NCBI GenBank assembly: GCA_951406725.2
Contig: OX597815.1
Location: forward strand, 84,196,001-84,260,000
Direction: 5' to 3'
Source of the DNA: Octopus vulgaris
Lineage: Eukaryota
Length of the DNA: 64,000 nt
The notes below the pieces were generated by a model. That model was not told where the DNA came from. It searched no databases and saw only the letters and a list, made by a program, of their open reading frames with translations. Shown here in pieces: positions 41,043 through 55,022 of this stretch. The position numbers and the translations under genes were made by a program. The first letter of the stretch is position 1, and the number at the start of each line of letters is the position of its first letter.

Positions 41043-41387
41043 TGTGTGTGCGTGCATCTAGGTTATATTACTGATATTGTCATTTCCATGGATGTACTCT
41101 AAAAAAGTTATCTAGAGGAGCCTGCTGTCACTAGAAAAGAAAATGCTTACTTCATATTGGAAGTAGAAATATATTTTGGTATGTTATAAGTGCGAGTCAA
41201 AATAGCAATTGTTTATGCGCCTGAAAAATATTAATCTATAACTGTATGTATACACACACACAGGCACGCACGTGCACACACACAAACACACTCACACAAA
41301 CATACAAGCACGCATGTGTGTATGTATATATATATGTGTATATATATGTATATATAAATATGTATATATATATATATATGTATGTAT

Positions 41388-41428
<41 letters not shown>

Positions 41429-41455
41429 GATATATATATATGTTACATAATTATA

Positions 41456-41516
<61 letters not shown>

Positions 41517-42395
41517 TGTATGTATATATGTATGTATGTATGTATGAGCATGTATGTACGAAGATTACGGTTGCTCAGAAAATACACATTATGAATCCGT
41601 CACAGAGACAATGGCAACCTATGCATGACAATACCATCGAAGATGTACATAAATTCACATGCTTTCTCAGTATATACATACACAGACACACGCATACATA
41701 TACACGTCTGCACGACACACGCAAACACTCATATGCACACACACACACACACACACCTACACACACACACACACACATACACATGATATATAAATATAGT
41801 TTATTGTACGCATTTATGCATGAATGTCTGAATGTATGGCTATGAGTATATGTATTATGTAAGAAGTATTTATTTGTCTCATTATTCTTTATGCCAGATA
41901 CATAGGTAGATATACAGATATAGATAGGTATATATATTTATATAGTAGTGTGAGAGAGGGGGAGAGTGAAATTGAGTGAGTGAGTAAGGGGGCGTCTGTG
42001 CGCGCATGTTTGTGTGTGTATGAATGTATGTATATGCATATATATATATATATTCGGGACCCCCTCTCAAATCTCGAATAATGGCATTTTCTGTACAAGA
42101 GAATAAAATACGATAAAAAAACATGGCAGAAAATTTAAAAGACAATGGAGAAAACCAGTCAATGGGAAGTAATTAAGGTTGCAGTTACATAGTTTAAATA
42201 TAACAATGGAATACGAACTCACCCAATTTTCCATTTGACATGCTCTCTCTGACCGAACAAGTATGGATGTGAGAATGTAAATATATACATTATATTTATG
42301 TCACTTGTGCTGTGGCTGTTTATATTTCTAAATAGTTATGCGTGTATTTGCCATGTACATATGAGAGACTTGTTTGTGGCATGAGGGGGAACATA

Positions 42396-42433
<38 letters not shown>

Positions 42434-42630
42434 CGTGTGTGTGTGTGTGTGTTTGTGTGCGTAAACATGCGTATGCATACATTGCATATATAGCTAATGG
42501 ATATAATTTTACTTTTATATATTTCTGCATTTATAAAGATAGATATGTGTATGCATGTATTATTATTTTTGTTCGTCTTGTTATTATTATTATTATTATT
42601 TTATCATTATCATTATCATTATTACTATTC

Positions 42631-42698
<68 letters not shown>

Positions 42699-43536
42699 GT
42701 TAGTTAGTTAGTTAGCTTTGTTATTTCTCCATATTCTTTTGGGATCCGATTTGTTATAACACATAATATAGAATGCAGTAATCGTTTGAATCGCAAAGCT
42801 TTTTGATTCGAAACAAGCATAACAGAATTCATTGTTGTTATTAAAGTCTCTACTAAGCCAGAAGCGAAAAGCGATCAAGTCAGTCCTGGTGAGATTTGAA
42901 CTGTGAATGTAACTTTCAGAAACTGGTCACATTTCTAAATGTAGTAGGTCACTCAATGGTTTCGGTTCTTGTTCTGAGTCTATGCGCAAATATGCAAATT
43001 CGGTAATCCACTACGGCATTGCTTAAAATCACATGTGCGTACATACTCACCACAGACGTACGTACACATACGCACGCGTGAGCACATACATACACACATA
43101 TATCACACACATATATATTTATAATGAGAAACACACTAAGATGCAACACGCAAACACAATCAGCTTAAATAGGGGCTCCTCATTATAGTGTGATGCAGGT
43201 ACCAAACTCGGGATAGGATAGAGTACGGAGCACAATGCGAAATATAGAGAGAATAATAAACAGAAAACTGGTATCTCATTCAAGGCTTTATAGAACATAA
43301 ACGCGTTTCATCAAAATGCCAAAATCCAAAATGGAGTTCAATAATTGCCTCCACAACCACAATTACATTATGGCTGGATACTGATGAAGTGAAATGCATG
43401 TTTTCCCCATTGCTATACAATTATTTCGGCATGGCGATAGTTTGCTTCACCAAACTTATGCCTGAAAGTTCACAAGTATCCACAGAGTTTTTACAGTTAC
43501 GAAAAAAGTAAGTTTTATTGCATAAATTTACGAGTC

Positions 43537-44140
43537 GGTGTGTGGTAAGTAGCTTGTTTACGAACTACATGGCTCCGGGTTCAGTCCCACTGCGTGGCAC
43601 CTTGGGCAAGGCTTCAATACTTCACCTCTGGAAACATGGGTATTTCGTTGAACATCCCTTAAACAATTCTTATTCAGGGACCTTTTGAGCGGGGTGGGCT
43701 ACTCGACCAGAAAAAGATTCTAACTGGGCCCCATATATATCTATGAATTCGCCTTAAATGGTCCTTTTACATACTGAATACTTGGTGAAATTGATTAATA
43801 ACTAATTAATTTTACCCTCAATTGTTGAAATTATATATATATATATATATAGCCTCGGGCCAACCAAAGCCTTGTGAGTGGATTTGGTAGACGGAAACTG
43901 AAAGAATCCCGTTGTATATATGTATATGTATATATATATATGTATGTGTGTGTATGTGTTTGTGTGTCTGTGCTTGTCCCACCAACATCGTTTGACAACC
44001 GATGCTGGTGTGTTTAAGTACCCGATAGAATAAATACAAAGCTCACAAAGAATAAGTCCTGGGATCGATGTGCTCGACTAGAGGCGGTGCTCCAGCATGA
44101 TCACACTCAAATGACTGAACCAAGTAAAAGAGTAAAAGAG
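43537..44140 (+). mobile_element. SINE family A split by about 240 bp of other sequence (43611-43848)
   Basis: Head ends at caccttgggcaag (43610); body resumes at tatagcctcgggc (about 43848) through gactgaaccaagtaaaagag. Confidence 0.85.
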
Positions 44141-44375
44141 ATGATCCAATTACATTCAAACTCTTTAATTTTGCTAGTTCTGCAACAACAGATTGATACT
44201 TGCGATACTGTGTGCTTGCAATGAGACATACCAAATCTGAAACATCAGTAATATATCAATATTTTAGCATCTTCTCGTAGAATATTTCTCTACACCTGGA
44301 TCTGTTTTCTTGCTTGTAGATATTTGCATAACTTAATAGCAAAAGAAAATCATCGTTTAGTCACGTCTAGTGATA

Positions 44376-44761
44376 TCTTTATATATAAAAGTCAAGTTGT
44401 GTGTCTGTCTCCTACGATTTAGATTCCTAACTACTCCCACATTTTGCGGTGCAGTTTAACCAAAACCGGGTATCTTATAGTCGTGATTCATATCGAGCCC
44501 TTCTGGGTATTAGCGCGCGTCTACGATTTAAAAAAAAAATTACCATCATTTTTTTCATTTTAATGCATTTTTTCGCTATTATATAAGGGAAGTAACTCTC
44601 TAAAAATGTCTACGATAAGTCAACGATTTAAAAAAAAAATTTACCATAATTTATTTTCCATTTTTAATGCATTTTTTGCTATTTTTTGGCTATAACTCTC
44701 TAAAAATACTTATATAGTTATTTCCCTTACAAACCCGAGCAACGCCGGGCGATACTGCTAG
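44376..44761 (+). mobile_element. Non-autonomous Helitron, 386 bp
   Basis: A|TCtttatatataaa start; 3' hairpin cccgagcaacgccggg then CTAG|T; no TSD. Confidence 0.9.
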
Positions 44762-44823
44762 TATAAAATATAATAAAAATGTGTTGTTGATGTTGATTGT
44801 ATAGTATACGTATATGTGTGCTT

Positions 44824-45562
44824 ATATCTTTTATCTCTTACTTGTTTCATTCATTAGACCGCGGTCATACTGAGGCACCGCCATGAATAATTCTTAGTCG
44901 AATGAGTCGACCCCAGTATTTATCTTTATTCTTTAAGCCTCCTACTTATTCTATCGGTCTCTTGTCCCGAACTGCTAAGTAACGGAAACATTGACACACC
45001 AGCACCGGTTGTCAAGCAGTAGTGAGGAAGAAACTCAGACACAAAAATACCTCCCCACACACACAGGCATATATATATATATAAATGTGTGTGTGTGCAT
45101 GTACATCTCTCTATATATAAACGGCAGTTTGTCTGTGCGTGTTTCTGTGTGTCTGTTTGCTTGTACCCTCACCCTGACCACGGCTTTCAACCGATTCTGA
45201 TGAAACTTGACACACACATAGCCCAATGTCATAATTCAAAACTAACGCAGCGAAAATTTTGAAAAGTTCCCCCAGTTCTGAAAAAAATCGATAAATTCGA
45301 CATGGGGTCGAGAATCAGAAACACGAACCACAAACTGTCTAGGGGATGCAACTCCACCTTTTTTAAATCTCAAAAAAAAATTTACCATCATTTTTTTCCA
45401 TTTTTTTGCTATTTTTTGGCTATAACTCTCTAAAAATGCTTTATAGTTATTTCCCTTACAAACCTGAGCAACGCCGGGCGATACTGCTAGTATATATATA
45501 TATACACACATATATATGTATATATATATGTACATACATACATACACACACACACATACACA

Positions 45563-45648
<86 letters not shown>

Positions 45649-45820
45649 GGGCTTCTTTCAGATTCCGTCCACCAAATCCACTGACAAAGCTTTGGTTGGC
45701 CTGAGACTATATTAGAGGTCCCACTACGTGTCCGAGTTGCAATGTAGTGGGATTGAACCTGGAGCCTTGTGGTGTGAATGGTTGGAAGCAAGCTTCTTAG
45801 AACACAGACACGCTTGCGCC
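44824..45820 (-). mobile_element. SINE family A interrupted by the Helitron at 45106-45490
   Basis: Tail at 44824-45060 and head at 45645-45820, both minus strand and collinear. Confidence 0.8.
45106..45490 (+). mobile_element. Non-autonomous Helitron, 385 bp
   Basis: A|TCtctctatatataa start; 3' cctgagcaacgccggg-cgatactg-CTAG|T; last about 130 bp shared with the 44376 element. Confidence 0.9.
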
Positions 45821-45838
45821 TATGTATGTATATATGTA

Positions 45839-45886
<48 letters not shown>

Positions 45887-45916
45887 CATACATACATACA
45901 TACATACATACATACA

Positions 45917-45952
<36 letters not shown>

Positions 45953-46276
45953 TATATATACGGAGTTGATGCATGTACGGTAAAATATGTATCACAGGAA
46001 TGAATAGCTAAATAAGTAGTAGATTCTTAAACCCCGACATGTTCGTGCATTGCAGTAAATCCAAATCTGAGTCGCCTGCGCACATACACATCATCAGCTA
46101 AACTAATCTTTAAGAGCAACGTATTTGACATAAAAGCAGAAAAGCATAAGGTTCACAGAGTTTATTCATACTTTACTTTCTTGTATTCCACAGCTGCTTC
46201 ATTAACAAAGACGCAGCCAGCAACACAACTATGTTATTGTTAGGCATAAATTTAGCTTCAATTAATGTTATATGTA

Positions 46277-46652
46277 GGCGTAGGAGTGGCTGTGTGGTAA
46301 GTAGCTTGCTTACCAACCACATGGTTCCGGGTTCAGTCCCATTGCCTGGCACCTTGGGCAAGTGTCATTTACTATAGCCTGGTGAGTGGATTTGGTAGAC
46401 GGAAACTGAAAGAATCCCGTTGTATATATGTATATACATGTATATGTGTATGTGTGTGTATATGTCTGTGTGTCTATGTTTGTCCCCTCAACATCGCTCG
46501 ACAACCGATGCTGGTGAGTTAGCGGTTCTGCAAAAGAGACCGATAAAATAAGTACTAGGCTTACGAAAACTAAGTCCTGAGATCGGTGTGATCGACTAAA
46601 GGCGGTGCTCCAGTATGGCAACAGTCAAATGACTGAAACAAGAGAAAAAAGA
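46277..46652 (+). mobile_element. SINE family A, near full length
   Basis: ggcgtaggagtggctgtgtggtaag ... gactgaaacaagagaaaaaagaata. Confidence 0.92.
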
Positions 46653-46904
46653 ATATCTATAAATCAGTTCTGATTGTGGATTGTATTAACCCTTAAATTA
46701 TAGCGGCCGTATTATCAGTCTCAGTTGGCAGTCAAAAAGTGCACGCATTACACACACACACACTCATACACACACATACAGACATACATACACACATACA
46801 CACGCGCAAAAGAGCAGCAACAGCAATAGAACAATACATTATAACGTGTCCAGTGTGAAAGTATGGGCACCAGAGTATTATAACTCTGCGTACTTGTGCT
46901 TGTG

Positions 46905-46948
<44 letters not shown>

Positions 46949-47288
46949 GTGTGTGTGTGTGTGTATGATTTATATATGTGTATTCTTGTCTATATTCATG
47001 TGTGTGTACGTTTATGTCTGTTAGCTTAAATGCGTATGTGTGTGTCTCTGTGTCTCTGTATGTGTCTCTATGTGTGTCTGTGTCTGTCTTTGTGTGTGTG
47101 TGTGTGTGTTGCACGCGCGTTCGCGTACTTAGTGTACGAACTTATGCTAATGTGAAATATTCCGTATTTTCTTTGCGTGCATACATTTTCCAACTTGAAA
47201 AAGAAAAAAAAGAAAAAAGAAAATGTTTTGTTTTGTTTTGTTTTGTATATATTGCTACTGATTCTCTTGGTGCTACACGCAGCCGTTC

Positions 47289-47323
<35 letters not shown>

Positions 47324-47975
47324 GGAGGAGGAGGAGGAGGAGGAGGAGGAGGATAATGATGATGATGATGATGGTGGTTTGGTGGTGGTGGTTTGGTGGT
47401 GGTCGTGGTGGTCGTGGTGGTCGTGGTGGTGGTCGTGGTAGTGGTGGTGGTGGTGGTTGCGGTGGTGGTGGTTGTGGTTAGTGGTTGTTTGGTGGTGGAA
47501 GTGGTGGTAATGGTGGTGGTGGTGGTGGTTGTGGTGGTGATGGTGGTGGTTGTGGTGGTAGTGGTGGTGGTTTTTGTGGTGGTGGATGTGGTGGTGGTGG
47601 TGGTGGTGATGGTTGTGGTGGTGATTGTGGTGGTGGTGGTGGTTGTGGTTGTTGTGGTTGTTGTTGTTGTGGTGGTGGTGCTGTCGGTGATGGTTGCCAT
47701 GACGGTGATGGCGCCGATGCTGCTGTCGTATAATAAATAATTAGTATGTTAAACTTCAAGGTATTTTAGTAGAGATTTTGTTGGTCAAAGCGTCAATGTT
47801 ATTGCAGCTTTTACATATGGCGTTGGTAGTGGTGGTGGTGGCGGTGGTGGTGTTGGTTTTTGTTTCGGTAGTATGGGTTTGGGTGGTGGCGGTTTTACAG
47901 GTGATGATGGCGGTGGCGGCGGTGGCGGTGGCGGCGGTGGCGGCGGCACCGGCGATGGTGTTGATGATGGTAGTG
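47289..47975. repeat. (GAT)n/(GAG)n/(GGT)n low-complexity tract
   Basis: Directly visible; a similar tract lies at 48530-48685. Confidence 0.95.
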
Positions 47976-48054
47976 ATCGTTAATCGTTGTGTTGGCGCCG
48001 GTGATCGTCAATGATGCCGAAGTTATATGGACAGTTATAACCCTTTCTACTATA

Positions 48055-48208
48055 GTCACAAGGTCTGAAATTTTCACAGAGCGGGGCTCCTCAATTACAT
48101 CGACCCACCCAGTTCACCACTGGTACTTATTTAATTGATGAAAGGCAAAGTCAACCTCGGCAGAATTTGAACTCAGAACGTAAAGATGGGCGAAATGTCA
48201 CTAAGCAT
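48055..48208 (-). mobile_element. SINE family B fragment
   Basis: gaaaggcaaagtcaacctcggcagaatttgaactcagaacgtaa. Confidence 0.8.
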
Positions 48209-48542
48209 GTGAATAGTAATAATGTCGTAATGGATGTTTCCCAGCCTTGATGCTGATAGTGCCATTCTGTCTGTGATAATTGTGATTGTAGCCCTCTTTT
48301 AGTAGCTACTATGCTACTATTTGTAATGACCTTAGTAATATATTAATTGCAGCAGCGGTTCTAGCACTATCATGGTAGTGGTAACGGTGATGCTTGTGGT
48401 ATGTGGTGTGCTAGTGTCTGTGGTAGTGGTGACTTTTTTGGTGGAATAATTATATGGATGATGTCTGCTTTGTTACTTTTCATATGCTGTAAGTTTCATG
48501 ATTTAATGCTAATATCAGTTGAGAGGATGTTAATGATGATGA

Positions 48543-48576
<34 letters not shown>

Positions 48577-49466
48577 GGTGGTGGTGGTGGTGGTGGTGGT
48601 GGTGGTGGTGATGATGATGATGATATTGACGATGACGATGATGATGATAATGATGGTGATGATGGTGGTGGTGATGATGATGATTTTAGATATTCTGTGT
48701 TGTTTCTTTTTTAACATTGAGAGCGATTCATTAATTATTAATCATGGCGGGGCTACGTTGTTAACGATGGTGTTGGTGGCGGCTTTGTTACTTTATTTGT
48801 TGTATTGTTGTTGTTGTTAATGTTATCATTGTGGTTGTCGATTTTTCTTTTCCTGTTTGTTGTTGATGTTGCTTAGCCCCAGGTCATTTCCAATCAAACA
48901 GAGCTCTGATCAAAGGCATCCCAACCGGGACTACCATATCTTTGTTTTCCAGATATGATGCATCAGGCGCATACATTGACTGCATGGTTAGGAATATCAT
49001 TTCGCAAATAACGCGGTTTTAGCTTCGATACCACTTTGCAGCAATCTTGGCCATTGTTCAACGGCCTTACTCTCGCTTATTCAAAGCCGTGTAAGTGAAA
49101 CCTGATGGACTTAGTGGTTCAATATCAGATTGACCATTTCTTCAGTTTTTTTCTTTTTTCATGGTAGACCTTACCGTTGCCATCTGGCCCTTACAACGCT
49201 TACTTCACAATAGACTGCTGAAAGTCCATTGTGAAGTAATTATTCTTTGTGCTTTTCCCCTAAACGAATATCCTACTTTCGCTTTCCTCACCATCAAGGC
49301 TAGAGGGTACATATAAAGTACAAGAAGTAACGGAGAGAAGCTATCTGCTTGGAAAATTCCTCTCTTGATGCCCAGAGTGCCGAAACTTTGTCTTTACGAT
49401 GTTGACTCAGGTTTCCCACCCTCCATACCTCTCTTCCAAAACGTTATTATTATTTTTGTTTTTTCA

Positions 49467-49895
49467 AGGTGGTGAACTGGCAGAATTGTTAGCACGCTGG
49501 GTAAAATGCTTAGTGGCATTTCGTCCGTACTTACGTGCTAAGTTCAAATTTCTCCGAGGTCGACGTTGTCTTTCATGCGTTTGGGGTCGATGAATTAAGC
49601 ACTAGTGAAACACTGGGGTCGATGTTATCGACCACTACTCTCCCCAAAATTTTCAGGCTTTGTGCCTTTAGTATAAAAGATTATATTTTTAAGGCGGTGA
49701 GCTGACAGAATCGCTAACACGCCGAGTAAAATGTTTGCGGAGTTTCGTTGATCTTTATGTCTTGCGTTTGCCTAGATAGACTTTGCATTTTATCCTTTCG
49801 GAGTCGATAAATTAAGTACCAGTGAAACACTGCGGTTCTTGTAATCGACTTCTCCCTTCCTGTCAAAATATCAGGCCCTGTACCTTTAGTAGAAA
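49467..49895 (+). mobile_element. Tandem pair of SINE family B copies (tail type 2)
   Basis: Heads aaggtggtgaactggcag (49467) and aaggcggtgagctgacag (49691); both end in ctttagta(t/g)aaa. Confidence 0.88.
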
Positions 49896-49916
49896 CAATA
49901 ATAATAATAATAGTAA

Positions 49917-49947
<31 letters not shown>

Positions 49948-49951
49948 AATA

Positions 49952-50056
<105 letters not shown>

Positions 50057-50372
50057 GCCTTTGCACAGCTTCTAACGCAGAATATGTACTACAGTGTCAG
50101 CTGTTCACTACCAGTGAACTAAGTTAAGACCTCTTATTTTCCGAACACCTTCCGGAGGATTCGAGCGGTTCCAAGCAGTGCCGTTTTCTGCAAGTGCTCC
50201 ACCCTTATTGCAGCCCCTATTTGTTCCACGTACTTCTCGAGATTTTCGCTCACTGTTCCCAGGGCTCCGACAATTATTGGTACTGCTACTACCTTTTTCC
50301 TCGACCACAACTGCTTAACTTCCCAAGCTAACCTGTCATATCTCTCGACTTTTCTTTCTTTATCGCATTCCA
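50057..50372 (-). mobile_element. 5'-truncated R4/Dong-like element (RLE C-terminus plus 3' UTR) ending in (TAA)n
   Basis: KVERYDRLAWEVKQLW...VPIIVGALGTV...LQKTALLGTARILRKVFGK*. Confidence 0.9.
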
Positions 50373-50543
50373 ACAAAATTTTTGTTCATCTGACAGTAAA
50401 TTCTGTTTGTCAAGGTGCTCGTAAATGCTTTCTGAAAGCATTCCTGTCAACAGCTTCCACACTAATGCTAGGCAATTGCCGCTTAAATACATAAATCTCT
50501 CATTATGTTCGCGGAGAGTTTTAACAGAAACATTAACAGATTA

Positions 50544-50576
<33 letters not shown>

Positions 50577-50759
50577 TATTATTATTATTAATATTATTAT
50601 TAGTTCTTTTAAAAATCTTAGATGAGTATTCTGTATTTATTTTATGTTTATACATATATATATATCAAATATATATGTATATATATATATATAAATGTTA
50701 AATATAGATATATAAAAATTTTGCTTAAATATATATATGTGTGTATATATATATATATA

Positions 50760-51360
50760 ATTTTCTGGATGCTGCTGTCTTAAGAACTTTTCTTATCTTG
50801 TCACGAAAGCTGGAAGTAGGGAGTAATAAAAAGTAGACAACTGAGGAGAAGTTTGACCTCTTTTGGTATTTTGTCTCGCTATGTGTTTACATATTTTCAC
50901 TCGTCGTTGATTCCTTGTTCTTTTAATGTACTTTGGGGTATTTTGTCCTGTACTTATCTCTCGTGTGTTTAAATGTTTTTCGCTCGTTGGAGATAGTATG
51001 CGGAGAATTGGCTAAAATTTGCCCTGTTTATAATTATACCATATGTTACATATTTATTATATCATACCTTGACACCGTGTAGAATCAGATCCCCGTTGAT
51101 AGGTCACTGGTATTTATAGTGTTAAACACTTTCGGTATGCAAATTAGGAACTCTTTTGTAGAGTATCTGCTGCCTTTGTTGACTATATAAGCAGTTTGAC
51201 TGATTGTTTCTCTAGAGACTGCCAGAACGATATAGACGCCTCTGGTGAGAATTCAATAAGGTTCGAAAATAGATTAAGGTTTTTCATAATTTTTTTCAAT
51301 CTGCGGAGAAATGGTAAAGCTTTGACTTGTTTATAATTATAACATGTGTTACATATATGC
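50760..51360 (+). mobile_element. TA-flanked Penelope-pLTR-like relic with hammerhead motif at 51239-51279
   Basis: cct-CTGGTGA-gaatt-caata-aggttc-GAAA-atagat-TA-agg; TATA-like ctatataa at 51183; about 55-bp direct repeat at 51000 and 51303. Confidence 0.6.
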
Positions 51361-52637
51361 ATATATTAGTATATATATATGTATATTTGCGCGTCTACGT
51401 CTTATTTAGAATGTCAATTAGATACCGATACTAAAATGTTCACACATATGGAAAGTGTAATATGTATCCAATACTGAGCGATGAGGTATTCACGGGATTT
51501 GTAAATAGGGATCATCATCATGGATTCATGAGTGCGAGTCGTTTCGTTGCGTTTTCGAATAATGTGATAGAATCAGTAATTTACTACCCGCTTTTCTGGA
51601 AAAAAAGTAAAAAATAACCATTTGTTAAGTTTTCTTTTAAAACTCACCACGAACATAATGAGACATATCTGTATTTAAGCGGCAATTAACACGCACATAT
51701 ATAAAACAAACTTTATAATTCGTATATTGTTAATGTTAGTTAGTCTTGTCTCGATAGCATCACTTTCATTGTCGCCTCTACCGTTCCACTCTGCAACAGA
51801 ACAAAACTACATATACCTCCACAGATTTTACTCCTCTTATCATCCTGCAAATTGCCAAATATATCCACATTCAATTAAGAAGGTTATTCTCCAGCTCAAG
51901 GACCAGCTCTCTTTTGTCAACTCGAGCAACTAGGCGGATGTAAAGCCATTGATTTTAAAGGAGATTTACTTGTTGGCATAGGCTCTTCTTCAGATTCAAG
52001 TGCATGGAAAGTATTCTCTCTCATCTTTTCCTGAGAAGGCTTTTACTTATCGGGGCGAGTAATGATTTTTGTCTCTATAAGGAAGTGGCAAATATTTCTT
52101 CATCACATTGTGTCCTTTAACTAGAAAATTAAACTGTTTTTTCCTCTGAGGCAGTTTTCTGAGAACCATGTTTAACAAATTATATCATCGCCTCACATCT
52201 GGCTAAAATTGTAATTTCACCGGAATTTGTAGCACAGTGAAAAAAACTGCATCAAAGTTTACTGAGTTACTGGTTTGATGATGTCTACTGAAGTGGCCCA
52301 TGAGAGTGAGCTTTATATACAACTAAATTAAAATAAAACATTCCGAAACTGCAATTGCCTCATGACTCAGCACTGAGACCTCAGAATAATCAGAGCTGTT
52401 TTCTGCGTCTTTGAACTTCTTAGCATCGTAAATATTAATCAAATTCTTTAATGCAAGAATTTAATCCTCACGATGAGTGTAGAGCATATTTTTCCTTCCG
52501 TTCTACCTCTGTCTATCTATCTACTTATCTATCTATCCATCTATCTAACTAACTAAAAATCTATCTCTGTGTATATGAAATGTATATATTTATTGTGTTT
52601 ATATGATATATAAGCTTGTATTCTTGTATCTCTTCCC

Positions 52638-52691
<54 letters not shown>

Positions 52692-53730
52692 TTATATACA
52701 TGTAATTATGTGTGTGTTCCTTTTAAGTTTTGATTATATTTATTTTTTTAGTAATTTTTGTTTCTGCTTTATGATTTTGTTTCATGTCTAACGGAGAAAT
52801 TGATGTAGGTAAAAGTATTTCTTAGAATTCACATGAGAAACTCTATCGATTTAATACAGATGTTATATTGATCTTTCAATGGTAGCCTTAGGAATTAGGC
52901 TACAAAGGTTAAAAGGTCAAACAAATTTCAGATAAGAATTTTATTTTCTCATCTCACCCTAGATTTCACTTTCAGTTGAATTTTGCGTCATGGGCTTTCT
53001 ATCAGTAACATTTAAATAATTTAGTATTCGTTGAATTTTTTATCGATCAAATTGCATGCCAGCATGTACTATATTGATTACAGGTGAGGAAAAGGCAAAA
53101 TCAAGATGGACGGGATTTGAGCTCACTCTAATTCACTGTTTCTACCTCTCTAGTACCTTTAATAATATTCGGAATCAAAACAGCAGAAAGTGAAAACAAT
53201 TAAACCAATACCAGCATCAACTAAAAGAACAGGTACTGTGATAAGTACGTCGATAAGAGAAGTAACAGTACAAGCATCAGTAGCAGAATTAAGATATATC
53301 AGTTGCAACTGAATAAATACCGAGTACCATTATCACGTCAACAGCAATAACAGCAACAAAAATAGTAATTAAACCAAATACACGGCATCAGCATACTTAA
53401 TCGGCCTTCTAGATGTAAGTATCAAAATCCATAAAATTAAACCTAACATTCTTAAAAATTAAAGATACATTGAACTAGGTACGGTACTAATAGATAGACA
53501 ATAAATCAGAGTGATCATTATGGAATTTATTTGATAACATATCTGCTCAGTGAGAGCCGACTTTGATGTAACCATCAGCAACGACAGCATTAGTATACTG
53601 GGAGTTATTGTGACTACATTGCAGTCGGTTGCCAGACTACATTGTTGCATTCAGTCACTTTTTCCTTCTTAAGTACACTATGAATTTGATCGGGGAGAAT
53701 TTTACTTCTCATCTCTCCTTACATAATTGT

Positions 53731-54210
53731 AATAATAATAATGAAATTATTGTATACAGTGCTCAGGTGCACCACAAGCTGTCAGAAAGTGCGTATAAAG
53801 TCTGGAAAGCAAACAATGTATGAATCAGATACATGCTTGTGTGTGTATGGAGGGGAGAAAATCAGGTGTAGTGTTGGCGAATCTCAGAAAGCAGGGAAGT
53901 TTTGAAGGGTGCAGTGCTCCGACAACTAACAACTGATGCCGGCAGTTTGTTCCATGCTTCAGCAACTCTCAGCGTGAAAAAATGTTTCCTAAAGTCATTA
54001 GAGCTGTGCTGTTTTCTGACTTTGTAAATATGTCCACGCGTGTTAGACGGGTGGAGTTTGAAAAGGTGCTCAGAGTTATTGATTGTAAGATGGTTAATAA
54101 TTTTATGGGTGTCTGCCAAGTCAGCTGCCAGACGTCGGAGTTTCAATGTGTCCATGCCCAGGGAAGTAAGGTGTTCAGAATATGGCAAATGCCTGATGGA
54201 GGGTAAGGAT
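53731..54210 (-). mobile_element. 3' end of a CR1-group LINE
   Basis: LPYSEHLTSLGMDTLKLRRLAADL...NTRGHIYKVRKQ...RKHFFTLRVAEAWNKLP...FK is the typical CR1 C-terminus; short (ATT)n tail. Confidence 0.92.
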
Positions 54211-54818
54211 ATAGAAATAATACACATTGGTTGGTTCATTCATCAAATCATTTCTCTACAAACAACTCTATGGAAACTGAGATTGTCTCTAAGTAAGTAA
54301 GATTCGAATACACATCATAAATACTATTTGTGTCCATTTCAAAAGGAAATATTTTTCGGTTTTTCTAGAAATAATTTTGAGTCTTGCTCCGGAAGATCCC
54401 TCAAAAAGGAGAATAGAATTTATGTTCTGTGAATTAACATAAATTAATGTCCAAATTGAATCAGCCACACAAAATTACTCGAGTATTTAGTGAGATATCT
54501 ACTTTGAATGTACCTGTCCACATTGTCCCATTTCTACGGTGATGAGTTCCTAAAGATAAATCTAGTGTCCAAAGGCAAAAGACATTGTACCAGTAAGGAT
54601 ACAGTGCTGCAATGAATACGTTCGGCTACTTTCGAATTCCATACTTCTGCCTTTTGGTGTAAGTAATGTGAAATGTGCATCTAGGATAGAAAAGTAACAC
54701 AAACGACAGAAACTGTCCCCCAAATATTTTGCCTATTATCATGTGTAGAAGATTATTACGAGAAACCACAAATAATCAATTAATTATTATTATTAATAAT
54801 AATAATACTCACTAGCGT

Positions 54819-55022
54819 TAAGGTGGCGAGCTGGTAGAATCGTTAGCATGCCGGATAAAATGCTTCGCATCATGTCATCCATCTTAACGTTCCGAGTCCA
54901 AATTCCTCCGAGGTCGATGTTGCCTGTCAGCCTTTCGGAGTCGATGAAATAAATATCTGTTGAACAGTGGGGATGATATAATTTACTTACCTCTGGTGTT
55001 TTGTCAAAATTTGGAATCAATA
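54819..55022 (+). mobile_element. SINE family B, diverged
   Basis: aaggtggcgagctggtagaatcgttagcatgccgg...gagtccaaattcc. Confidence 0.85.

Noticed and set aside
45197-45206. ctgatgaaac as a hammerhead core
   Set aside because: No stems; it lies in the ccgatt.tgatgaaa.ttg motif common near Helitron 5' ends.
47068-47759. Gly/Cys-rich or mucin-like protein
   Set aside because: Degenerate (GGT)n repeat open in several frames on both strands; no splice or domain support.
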